From a virus, in IMG/VR virus record IMGVR_UViG_3300040815_002027: a stretch of DNA of 64,000 nt, one strand, 5' to 3'. The translations under genes were made by a program, and so were the position numbers. Numbering within the stretch: position 1 is the stretch's first letter; each line of letters starts with the position of its first letter. A model generated the notes under the pieces. It saw nothing but the letters and a program-made list of their open reading frames with translations, was not told the DNA's origin and did not search any database. Of this stretch, positions 50,947-59,537 are shown piece after piece.

Positions 50947-52004
50947 ATGTCACAAATTGGATTTGGATCTAACAACGGAGTTGGGAGAAAATTAATTACA
51001 TTGAACATTAAAGACTTGCCCCCTCTTTTTGAACTAAAGGAGAAGGTGGACGATTCCTGGCAAACTACGGATAAGACTAACGAGATCGCTGGTTATTTGC
51101 AAAACGTACAAGTTTTAACCAAAACTAGTGATAAGTATGGAGATAAAAAGCAGGTAGTTTTAGATATGGATTTAGGAGATTTTCTTGCACGAGTTAGAGT
51201 TAACTTAAACTCTGTAGGTAAAGAGATTCTTAACAGAATGTCAAATTCTGATGACCTAAAAGGTTCTGTTTTAAAGATGAGAGTTTATGTTGATAAGAAG
51301 AACTATCCTAGTATTGTATGTTATAAGGATGATGAGATTATGCAATGGGGACTTACTACTGATCAAGTTAAATTAAATTTTGCACAAGAAGGTTTTTGGG
51401 TTTCTTTATATGAAACTAAAATTAGACCTCAATTTGATTCTACGGTAGTAACTGAAGAAGCTACTAGTGATTTAGATGACTTTATGAAAAATGTTAAACT
51501 GTGACAATAGGCAAAGCTTTTGAATCTCAAATTAAGAATAATTTGCCAGCAACAGAGCAAGGTATTAGGGTTTTAATTAACCCTATATACCACTCTGGTA
51601 GAAAGATAAATGCTGGCGATATTGCTTTATGGGCTAAATTAAGAGAAGAAGATGGCTCTACGACTATAGTACTTATACATCCAGATGATATAAAGATGTA
51701 CTCTTTAGATAGAAAAGTTAAAAAAGTAGATCCAGACCTTCCTTGCATTGTTCTGAAAAATAAAAAATAAGTTATGTTATATTCAATATACGCAAGTCTT
51801 TGCGGTAAAGTGTATCTAGAGGAGTATACGGACCACGTTAAAGCGTACTCCAGATACTCGCAGTTATCTTATAAATTAGAAAAACTATCAAAAAATAAGT
51901 TAGAGATTAGTGATCTCTCTCACGAACTTTCTGAGAATTTAGACAAGCACTGTACGTCTTCTTTAGGTTTTGTTCACTGTGAGAAATTTGAGGGAGATTT
52001 ATGA
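50947..52004 (+). CDS. Three hypothetical ORFs (50947-51504, 51501-51770, 51774-52004)
   Basis: + strand ORFs downstream of a TTTG-N20-TATATTTG promoter. Confidence 0.55.
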
Positions 52005-52717
52005 AAACAGTAGTTCTTGGAGATATACACGGTTTAGGTGTATGGGAGTTAATAGTAGCTAAAGAATCTCCTGATAGAGTTATTTTCTTAGGGGACTATT
52101 TCGACTCTACAGAAGTAAGTACTTCTCAGCAAATAAATAACTACAATAAAATAGTAGAGTTTAAAAAAAGTGGCGGAGCAGACATAATAATGCTAGTAGG
52201 AAATCACGACTTTCATTATCTTCCTTACATAGACACAGACGATATAAGTGGTTTTCAGAGTCACAGTGAAGATGTGTTAAAGGAACTTGTAGGAAGTACT
52301 TTAAACAATCTTACAATGTGCTATAAACAAGGTAACTACTTATTCACACATGCAGGAGTTTCAGATAATTTCTTACTAAAAGCACAAATAAATTATAGTA
52401 GAGACACAATAGATTCTTCTATTAATACTTTATTTTTGAGTAATCCTCATATATTTGATTTTGATGAAGATTGTGAAGATGCTTCTGGAGATAATAAGGA
52501 GCAGTCCTGTATATGGATACGTCCTAGAAGTCTTATGAATAATTCTCATACTATAAAAAAAGACTATATTCAAATTGTAGGGCATACTACACAAAAGAGA
52601 GTAGATGTAAAAGGAGTAGCTACAGATGGGAGGTTCTATTTTTTAGATACTTTAAGAACTTCTGGACAGTACGGTATTATTGAGTTTAACAATATTACTT
52701 TTAACTCGTATAAATAA
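52001..52717 (+). CDS. Calcineurin-like metallophosphoesterase
   Basis: GDIHG, GDYFD, GNHD, THAG, GHT. Confidence 0.92.
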   Translation: MKTVVLGDIHGLGVWELIVAKESPDRVIFLGDYFDSTEVSTSQQINNYNKIVEFKKSGGADIIMLVGNHDFHYLPYIDTDDISGFQSHSEDVLKELVGSTLNNLTMCYKQGNYLFTHAGVSDNFLLKAQINYSRDTIDSSINTLFLSNPHIFDFDEDCEDASGDNKEQSCIWIRPRSLMNNSHTIKKDYIQIVGHTTQKRVDVKGVATDGRFYFLDTLRTSGQYGIIEFNNITFNSYK

Positions 52718-52723
52718 TAGGTT

Positions 52724-54010
52724 ATGAACTACTATAAGATAAAAAGAAAACAAGTAAAGCGTGATGCTGAAGAATCTTATTACTACGGCACTTCTATAGT
52801 ATATAGGATGTATCCTAATAAGAAGCAGGAGGAGTGGTTAACTGAGATAGGCAACAAATGTCGGGGAGCTTATAACAAACTGGTAGAAGAGTTCTGCCAA
52901 AATCCAGATAAACCCAGGAACTTACCTGGAACTTCTTTAAAGGAGATTAATAGGCTTAGACATTATTTAAAAGAGTTTGACTGGTTAGATGATGTTCCTT
53001 CTATATTTTTGTATAATGTTTGTAATAATTTTATTAAAGGAGTTGATAACTTTTATACTCAAATTAAAAAGAATAAAAAGATATTAGAGAAAGATCCTTA
53101 TGCTACAGTTAGAAAAACAAGTCCCCCTAAAAAGAAAAAGTCTTATAGAGACCTGCATTTTGGGTCTAATAACTCAACTATAGAAAGAAGCACTGCTATT
53201 GACTATGACAACAATAGATATTATTGTTTTACGAAAACATTAAAAAGATTAGGTATTAGTGATTCTTTTAAGATAAAATGTCACAAGAAGTTTTATAATA
53301 GCAAAATAAAAAGAGTTTCTTTTATGAGGGACAGTTCTATGTGTTGGTATGTGTCTTTTGGTTTGGAGCTTCCGCAAATAGATAGGTATGATAAAATTTA
53401 TGTACCTAAAGATAATAGTTTAGGTATAGACTTGGGTGTAAAAACCGCAGCTACTACTTCTGATGGGGTAAAATTTCACCCTCCAGTAGAGCAGATAAAA
53501 AAGTTGGAGAAGAAGATAGATGTTTTAAATAAAGTTATTAGCAGGAAACAAAGATTAGATAAAAAGAATTACTGGAAGAGTAATAACTATAGTAGGGTGT
53601 TGGAGAAGAAGTACAGAATACAGAAAAAGATAAATAACATAAGAGCTAATTATAACGAGTATGTATCTCATGTTCTTACCAAAGGAGAGTATAATAAGAT
53701 TCAGATGGAAGATCTTAAGTTAAATTTTATGGTAGAAAAAAGGAAGAAGAAGTTTGGTATGAGTAGATCGGCAACTCGTTTAGGTTTGGGAAGTTTAACT
53801 AATAAGATAAAATCTAAATCTCAGGTAAGAGGTATAGAGTTTAATAAAATAAATCCTGCAAACACAACTAAGTATTGTAGTAATTGTGGACATATAGAGA
53901 ACAGTTTAACTCTTAATACAAGAGAGTGGACGTGTCCTAGATGTGGTGTTGACCACGATAGAGATATAAATGCTGCAAAAAATATTCAAAAAAGTTTGGA
54001 TATTAGATAA
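52724..54010 (+). CDS. tnpB: CRISPR-associated TnpB/Cas12f-like RuvC nuclease (428 aa)
   Basis: YRMYPNKKQ..CR..YN (OrfB HTH), RuvC-I GIDLGVK, RuvC-II MEDL, CSNC/CPRC Zn finger, RuvC-III DRDINAAKNI; array starts 240 nt downstream. Confidence 0.92.
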   Translation: MNYYKIKRKQVKRDAEESYYYGTSIVYRMYPNKKQEEWLTEIGNKCRGAYNKLVEEFCQNPDKPRNLPGTSLKEINRLRHYLKEFDWLDDVPSIFLYNVCNNFIKGVDNFYTQIKKNKKILEKDPYATVRKTSPPKKKKSYRDLHFGSNNSTIERSTAIDYDNNRYYCFTKTLKRLGISDSFKIKCHKKFYNSKIKRVSFMRDSSMCWYVSFGLELPQIDRYDKIYVPKDNSLGIDLGVKTAATTSDGVKFHPPVEQIKKLEKKIDVLNKVISRKQRLDKKNYWKSNNYSRVLEKKYRIQKKINNIRANYNEYVSHVLTKGEYNKIQMEDLKLNFMVEKRKKKFGMSRSATRLGLGSLTNKIKSKSQVRGIEFNKINPANTTKYCSNCGHIENSLTLNTREWTCPRCGVDHDRDINAAKNIQKSLDIR

Positions 54011-54026
54011 AAGGTTTGTAGATTTA
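53995..54026 (+). promoter_or_regulatory. Putative Bacteroidota-type promoter for guide RNA and array
   Basis: TTTG(53995)-N20-TAGATTTA(54019), one mismatch to TAnnTTTG. Confidence 0.5.
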
Positions 54027-54049
54027 CGATCTAAGTAAGTTCATTGAAA

Positions 54050-54250
54050 TAATCGCCCGTGTGTAGCGGGTTTAAAGGCTTGCAGATATAGCGTCAACCC
54101 CTTCTTTGCTACGCAAGTGGTAAAGTCGCTCAAAATCTTTCTTTAAAATGAAAGCGAGAGGCCGAGAGGACGCTAGGCGGCTAATGTCGAAAGACATAAC
54201 GTGTGAGAACACACGAAATATCTTTTAAATTGTAGCCTTTGTATAGTTAG
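54050..54250 (+). ncRNA. omegaRNA-like / tracrRNA-like scaffold with 3' anti-repeat
   Basis: Locally GC-enriched; stems TAGCGTC/GACGCTA, ATGTC-GAAA-GACAT, CGTGTG-AGAA-CACACG, AAAGGCT/AGCCTTT; 54216-54235 complementary to the repeat. Confidence 0.75.
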
Positions 54251-54921
54251 GGTGTATACCACCACAATTTGAAAGGTGTTTACAACTAATGTTAGACAAA
54301 AAAATAAGTATAGCTTGGTATATAGCACCACAGTTTGAAAGGTATTTACAACGGAAACTTAGGTTACCTACTATCTGCTGAAGGTGTATACCACCACAGT
54401 TTGAAAGGTATTTACAACGAAAACTTAGGTTACCTACTATCTGCTGAAGGTGTATACCACCACATTTTGAAAGGTATTTACAACCAAATGAAGAACGATG
54501 CACAATAAGATGTAGGTGTATAGCACCACAATTTGAAAGGTGTTTACAACAGATCTAAAAGAAGAAGCAGAAAAACTTTCAGTGTATACCACCACAATTT
54601 GAAAGGTATTTACAACTAGTACCTATAGTATCAAAGTTAAATCAGAGGTGTATACCACCACAGTTTGAAAGGTATTTACAACTTATGTTATGAAGGTAGT
54701 ACTCCTTATATTGGTGTATACCACCACAATTTGAAAGGTATTTACAAACGGTGTCTCTTTAGCATCATAATTTTAAAACTGTTTACAACATAGCGACATC
54801 AATGTCGTTACCATAGATGGCTGTATACCACCACAATTTTAAAACTGTTTACAACATAGCGACATCAATGTCGTTACCATAGATGGCTGTATACCACCAC
54901 AATTTTAAAACTGTTTACAAC
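54251..54921 (+). CRISPR. CRISPR array: 11 repeats of 36 nt (GGTGTATACCACCACAATTTGAAAGGTATTTACAAC), nine 30-nt spacers (7 distinct) and one collapsed spacer
   Basis: Repeats start at 54251, 54317, 54383, 54449, 54515, 54581, 54647, 54713, 54754 (degenerate), 54820, 54886; 66-nt period except R8-R9. Confidence 0.97.
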
Positions 54922-54938
54922 ATTAAAAAATCAAAGTT

Positions 54939-55334
54939 ATGAAAAGAATTAGTTTAGTTTTAGTATTACTGTTATCAGCATATCTTGGGTATTCACAAAA
55001 AGGCCAGGATATTGTCTCTTTAGAAGAGATCTTAGAAACTATAAACACTGGCTTGGAAGATCAAGCCTTTGAAAAATTACGGCAAGAAGCACACTCCAAA
55101 GAAGATAACGTTATCTTTAATGTAAAGTATCTATATCCTAATGTATGTTACAGACAACTAATAACTAAAGCAACAGGACAGAAGCTTTATATACAGGTAG
55201 CTTGTGATGCTATACACGCTAAGAATGGTCTTACTTTTAAAGAAGAAGAGGCGTATGAAAGATACCAGTTTCTTATAAAGAACAAACGTAAATTTGATAG
55301 ATTAGATAGAAGAATAGAAAGAATGCACAATTAA
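54939..55334 (+). CDS. Secreted hypothetical protein
   Basis: Signal peptide MKRISLVLVLLLSAYLGYSQ; starts 17 nt after the last repeat. Confidence 0.65.
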   Translation: MKRISLVLVLLLSAYLGYSQKGQDIVSLEEILETINTGLEDQAFEKLRQEAHSKEDNVIFNVKYLYPNVCYRQLITKATGQKLYIQVACDAIHAKNGLTFKEEEAYERYQFLIKNKRKFDRLDRRIERMHN

Positions 55335-55352
55335 CACTATGAAAAACTTTTT

Positions 55353-55380
55353 GGAGAGGTAACTACTGCCTCTCCTTTTT
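55353..55380 (+). terminator. Rho-independent terminator
   Basis: GGAGAGGTA-ACTAC-TGCCTCTCC followed by T5. Confidence 0.8.
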
Positions 55381-55525
55381 AAATTTTAACTATGAAGATA
55401 CAAACATTCACAAATGCAAATACCTTTTATCTTATTCCAACCTTCTATATTAAGGAGGATTGTGATTATTCTTTAAACTTTACCTGGCTTCATTTTGGAG
55501 TATGTGTAGAAATAATAAAATGTAA

Positions 55526-55762
55526 ATGACACCAAAAGAAAAAGCAGAAGACCTTGTTAACCAATTCAGAATGATATTAATGGCTGAAGATACTGACTGT
55601 GGTAATGAAATACTTTGCACTTCGATAGCAATTAAGAATGCGTTAATATGTGCAGATGAAGTCTTGATGCGAGTGCCTCATAAAGACGTAGCTAATTGGA
55701 TTGCAGATGATTTGGCTGTTAAATATTGGATTGATGTAAAAATGGAATTAAGACAAATGTAA
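55526..55762 (+). CDS. Small phage protein (MTPKEKA...YW..VK family)
   Basis: ORF; paralogous remnant directly downstream. Confidence 0.65.
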   Translation: MTPKEKAEDLVNQFRMILMAEDTDCGNEILCTSIAIKNALICADEVLMRVPHKDVANWIADDLAVKYWIDVKMELRQM

Positions 55763-55975
55763 TTATAAGAAAAAGCAAAAGAATTAATTGTAAGTATTAG
55801 TCACGATTCGTTTGTAGGAGCATCTTTGAACGCTTCACAAGTTAAGCACATTGTATTTATACATTTAAATAATATGATTGCTGAACTACAGAGTGTTGAG
55901 AATATTTATGAACTTGATATGAAGGGTACTATATCTTATTGGATGAGAGTTAAGGGAGAAGTAATAAAACTATAA
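55757..55975 (+). pseudogene. Decayed paralog of the upstream MTPKEKA gene
   Basis: ATG TAA TTA TAA GAA AAA GCA AAA GAA..., then open to YWMRVKGEVIKL. Confidence 0.5.
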
Positions 55976-55991
55976 CCTAAATTACAAATAT

Positions 55992-56854
55992 ATGCTAGAA
56001 TCTATACTTGAAAATTACTATGAAGAAGAGTTCTTAAAAGCTGATGGATTTGATGATGCTATTATAGGAGTAGAAGAAAACTCTATGAGACTTATCTATT
56101 CAGTTAAAAAGTGTTTAGAGATCTTACAGACTGATATGGATGAGATAGATGCTATGGAGTACTTTACTTATAATGTAAGTGGAGCTTATATGGGAGAAAA
56201 GACTCCTATCTGGTGTTGTGATTTATTTGAAGATTAACTATAGACTATGAAAAAATTAATAAAAGAGGTACTTAGTAGTTTTGACTTTGAAAAAGTACAT
56301 AAGACTATGACATTTTTAAATTGGACTTGGTATTTTAAAGAAGTACCAAATTTACTTAAGTTGAAAAGTACAGCACAAGAATTGTTAGAAGAGGCTTGTG
56401 GTAGGTGTTTAGAAAGTAAAAAAACAAGTCGTGACATACCTTATATTATTATGACAGGTGGGTTTAGAGTAGAGGCATACCCTAACAAAAAGAGAACAAA
56501 GATTAAAAAGTTAAAATTAGACTTTATATTAACTACATCTTTTGATTATAGATGATGAATATTTAATAAAATTTCGACATAACTTATATTAAGCAAAAAA
56601 TTATGAGTAAAGACAAAAACATTGTGTTGGCATTTAATATTATCAATGCAGTTAGGGATAATAATTGGGAGGAAATGTTGAAATTATTTCCAGAGGGTGT
56701 AGAGCATAGAACGTATAAATACGATAGCATAGAATGTTTTACAGATTGGGAACATTACCAAGATTATGCAAGATATGTAGCACCTGCACGAGATATAATG
56801 AAAGAAAAATGTCTGGACAAAGCACTTGAGTGTCTTAATGTGTATGATAAGTAA
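55992..56854 (+). CDS. Three small hypothetical ORFs (55992-56237 with ADGFDDAIIG motif, 56247-56555, 56603-56854)
   Basis: + strand ORFs with A-rich leaders. Confidence 0.6.
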
Positions 56855-56872
56855 TTCAAAAAATCTATACAA

Positions 56873-57490
56873 ATGAATACAGTAGAGTTGATTGGGTATT
56901 ATGGTAGTGATTTAACCCACGCACAAAGTGCCTGGACCAGTACAAGTAGAGATTTGAGTGATGAGAAGTTATCGAGAGTTCCTGCCCTTCTTAAAATGTT
57001 GGCAGAAAATGGACATCATACTCCGTTTGAAAAAAGTACACTACACTTTTTAGTTACTGTCGACCAGGCATCTCATATCCATTTATTAAAACATCGTATA
57101 GGTGTGAGCATCAATGGGGAGAGTGCAAGGTATAAAGAACTTAAAGAAGATAAAACATATATACCTCAAGACTTTCCAAAAGAATGGCAAGGTAAGTTAG
57201 AGGTGTTTTCTCAAGCATCAAACAACTTATACCATAAGTGCCTGGAAGAACTTACGCCAATACTTGGTAGGAAAAGAGCAAAGGAATCAGCAAGATTTTT
57301 TAAGACATTTAATAGTCAGATTACTATGGATGTTTCTTTTAATTGGAGAAGTTTTTACCACTTCTTATCTTTAAGAAATAAACCTGATGCTCAAAAAGAA
57401 ATACAAGAGATTGCACAGCAGATGTTAGATTTGGTTCTTGATATAGAAGGCAATCCATTTAAAAATACGATTATAGCTTTTGGGTTATAA
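56873..57490 (+). CDS. thyX: FAD-dependent thymidylate synthase
   Basis: H.TPFE, HLLKHR...S.N.ESARY, N.RS..HFL.LR....AQ.EI. Confidence 0.9.
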   Translation: MNTVELIGYYGSDLTHAQSAWTSTSRDLSDEKLSRVPALLKMLAENGHHTPFEKSTLHFLVTVDQASHIHLLKHRIGVSINGESARYKELKEDKTYIPQDFPKEWQGKLEVFSQASNNLYHKCLEELTPILGRKRAKESARFFKTFNSQITMDVSFNWRSFYHFLSLRNKPDAQKEIQEIAQQMLDLVLDIEGNPFKNTIIAFGL

Positions 57491-57534
57491 CCCTAAACTT
57501 ATACTTAGACTTAAAAGTTTTTAGGGGTATAACC
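57483..57534. repeat. Inverted repeat GGTTATAACCCTAAA / TTTAGGGGTATAACC
   Basis: 14/15 complementary arms with GTT...AAC ends, overlapping the thyX stop. Confidence 0.7.
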
Positions 57535-57544
57535 ATAAAAATAC

Positions 57545-57671
57545 AACAAGGAGGTGAGTACGCTTTAGTTGAGAGGTAGAGTGGATTAATTGCCGAAAAA
57601 GGGTTTGTAGTAGGTAGACGTTCCTCATTGCACTCAACAAGAAACCCTGAAACACCCAAAGCCTCCTTGTT
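57545..57671 (+). ncRNA. Candidate structured ncRNA
   Basis: Closing stem AACAAGGAGG/CCTCCTTGTT; inner GTTGAG/CTCAAC; crossing AGGGTTT/AAACCCT; T run after. Confidence 0.5.
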
Positions 57672-57705
57672 TTTTGTTTACTATATTTATATATAAAGTA
57701 AAGAT

Positions 57706-58248
57706 ATGAAAGATTCGAGAAAGCTTTTAGCAACCATTGCAAAGGGATATTTGAGTGAAGAATTAAATCATAATATAGATGGGATAATAGCATATCATAG
57801 AAGCCCCAAAAAATTTTATGATTTTAAATTGTCAAATGTTAGTTCTGACAGTAATAGACAGAGATATGGGTGGGGGTTATATTTTTCAAACAGTATTCCA
57901 AATACGCAATATGGTGATTATTTATATCAAGTAAGTCTTTTTAAAAATAAGAAACAGTATGTTTTAATTGATTTAAAACAACCAGTTGAAGGACTTATAG
58001 TTAATAGGATTGTAGAAGCACTTAATCATTATAACAAAAAATCTGATGAAGTTGTTGAGTTTGCTTATAATGGATTTTTGTTTTATAAAACGTTATCAAG
58101 AATTTTAGGTGGTGATAAAAACGCATCTTTGTTTTTATCTAAAAATGGTATAGATGGGTTACTAAATAAAATAACTAAAAATTGGCACGATTATATATTA
58201 TTCAATGACGATAATATAATAATTGATGAGATTAAATATGACCCATAA
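57706..58248 (+). CDS. Putative ADP-ribosyltransferase-fold protein
   Basis: AYH.S...F..F, YG.GLYFS, YG..LY.V, GIDG pattern of ART-PolyVal-like domains. Confidence 0.55.
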   Translation: MKDSRKLLATIAKGYLSEELNHNIDGIIAYHRSPKKFYDFKLSNVSSDSNRQRYGWGLYFSNSIPNTQYGDYLYQVSLFKNKKQYVLIDLKQPVEGLIVNRIVEALNHYNKKSDEVVEFAYNGFLFYKTLSRILGGDKNASLFLSKNGIDGLLNKITKNWHDYILFNDDNIIIDEIKYDP

Positions 58249-58376
58249 AAATAAAACAAAAAGAATGTTACGATGAAAATTAATACGAAGATGAAACGTA
58301 GCATTGCATATAACTGTTTGTTAATCCAATATGCTTCTGGCTATGTTTTGCAACTATTTATTAATAAAGTAAAGGT

Positions 58377-58871
58377 ATGAAAGATTCGAGAAAGCTTTTA
58401 GTAACCATTGCAAGAGGGTATTTAAATGAAAATATTGAAGATTATTCAAAATGGAAACGTAAAAATGTAACTTTGCGTGGAATGAAAGAATTAGGTAAAG
58501 CAAATGAAGTATATGGTTCTTTTGGAAAAGGATTATATACAGTACCTTTAAGTAATAAAGCAATGGCAAAACAATATGGTAAAATATATTTTGTTGTAAA
58601 TGGGATACCAAGAAAACCAAAAATTGTTGATTCATTAAATAATGCTGAATTGTTAAGACAAAAATTAATTAATGATTTTTGTAAAAAACATAACGAAGAT
58701 TATAGTCCTCGTTTTTTTGAATCAAATACAACTATGGAAGATGAAATGTTAAAGTTGGGTTATGATGGTCTTATAATAAAAGGTAGAGAGATGGTTAACT
58801 ACACCCCAAAGGATATTAAATATTTTAAAAATGAAAATGATTTACAACGTTACTATGAAGCACTTTCATAG
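58377..58871 (+). CDS. Putative ART-fold protein sharing its N-terminal leader with 57706
   Basis: MKDSRKLL.TIA.GYL.E leader; LRG, FG.GLY, A.QYG..Y, GYDG.II...E.V.Y. Confidence 0.5.
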   Translation: MKDSRKLLVTIARGYLNENIEDYSKWKRKNVTLRGMKELGKANEVYGSFGKGLYTVPLSNKAMAKQYGKIYFVVNGIPRKPKIVDSLNNAELLRQKLINDFCKKHNEDYSPRFFESNTTMEDEMLKLGYDGLIIKGREMVNYTPKDIKYFKNENDLQRYYEALS

Positions 58872-58949
58872 TATTGGTGCTAAATTATTACTTAACCCAA
58901 TCTCTAAAAGCATCTATTTCGATGCCTTTAAAAATTAAATAAAAAAGTT

Positions 58950-59537
58950 ATGAAAATAGTAGAAAACACAGTTACAGCCATTATGGTTATTTTTGTTTTG
59001 GTATTTCTTTATTTCTTTATGTCTGCCCAAAAAAGTGTGGGAGAAGAACCTAAAACAGAACAAGTCTCTCACGATGTCATTCTAAATTCTGTGCGAGAAG
59101 TAATCTCCCTAACAGTAATAGAAGCAAACTTTACAGAGATATATACTAAAGAAGACTATTGGAAGTTAGATCTATCTCCTTTCAGAAAGAAGATGGTAGT
59201 TAAAGTAAAAGCTAATGTAGGTATAGGGTATGATCTAAATGAGTTATATATAGATGTAGATAGAGAATCTAAAACTATATTAGTATTAAGAATGCCTTCT
59301 CCCAAACTTTTGTATATAGATGATACATTGGAGTATTTTGATATATCTGAAGGATATTTTAATTGGTTTGACCCAGGAGATTACACAGAGATAGACAGAG
59401 AGACAAGAGATAAGATAGAGTCTATGGTAACTAATAGTAGTCTTTTTACTGATGCAGACATAAAATTATTTGAAAATTTAAAAATAATTCGTAACTTAGC
59501 ATCCGAGATGGGATGGACAGTAGTTATAAAGGATTGA
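58950..59537 (+). CDS. DUF4230-like membrane-anchored protein
   Basis: N-terminal TM; A.V..G.DL, .P.P.L. Confidence 0.7.
   Translation: MKIVENTVTAIMVIFVLVFLYFFMSAQKSVGEEPKTEQVSHDVILNSVREVISLTVIEANFTEIYTKEDYWKLDLSPFRKKMVVKVKANVGIGYDLNELYIDVDRESKTILVLRMPSPKLLYIDDTLEYFDISEGYFNWFDPGDYTEIDRETRDKIESMVTNSSLFTDADIKLFENLKIIRNLASEMGWTVVIKD

Noticed and set aside
52724-54250. Active IS200/IS605 or IS607 transposon
   Set aside because: No tnpA/serine recombinase, no room for a left end (6 nt from the upstream gene), and an array occupies the right-end position.
54225-54503. 92-aa minus-strand ORF with repeated CKYLSNCGGIH
   Set aside because: Artefact of translating the 66-nt CRISPR period.
57570-57600. 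Lysine riboswitch-like words (GGTAGAG, GCCGAA)
   Set aside because: Too short, the other conserved elements are missing, and there is no lysine-related gene downstream.
57521-58635. Two similar minus-strand ORFs (57521-57793, 58354-58635)
   Set aside because: The similarity is the antisense shadow of the duplicated MKDSRKLL leader on the + strand.
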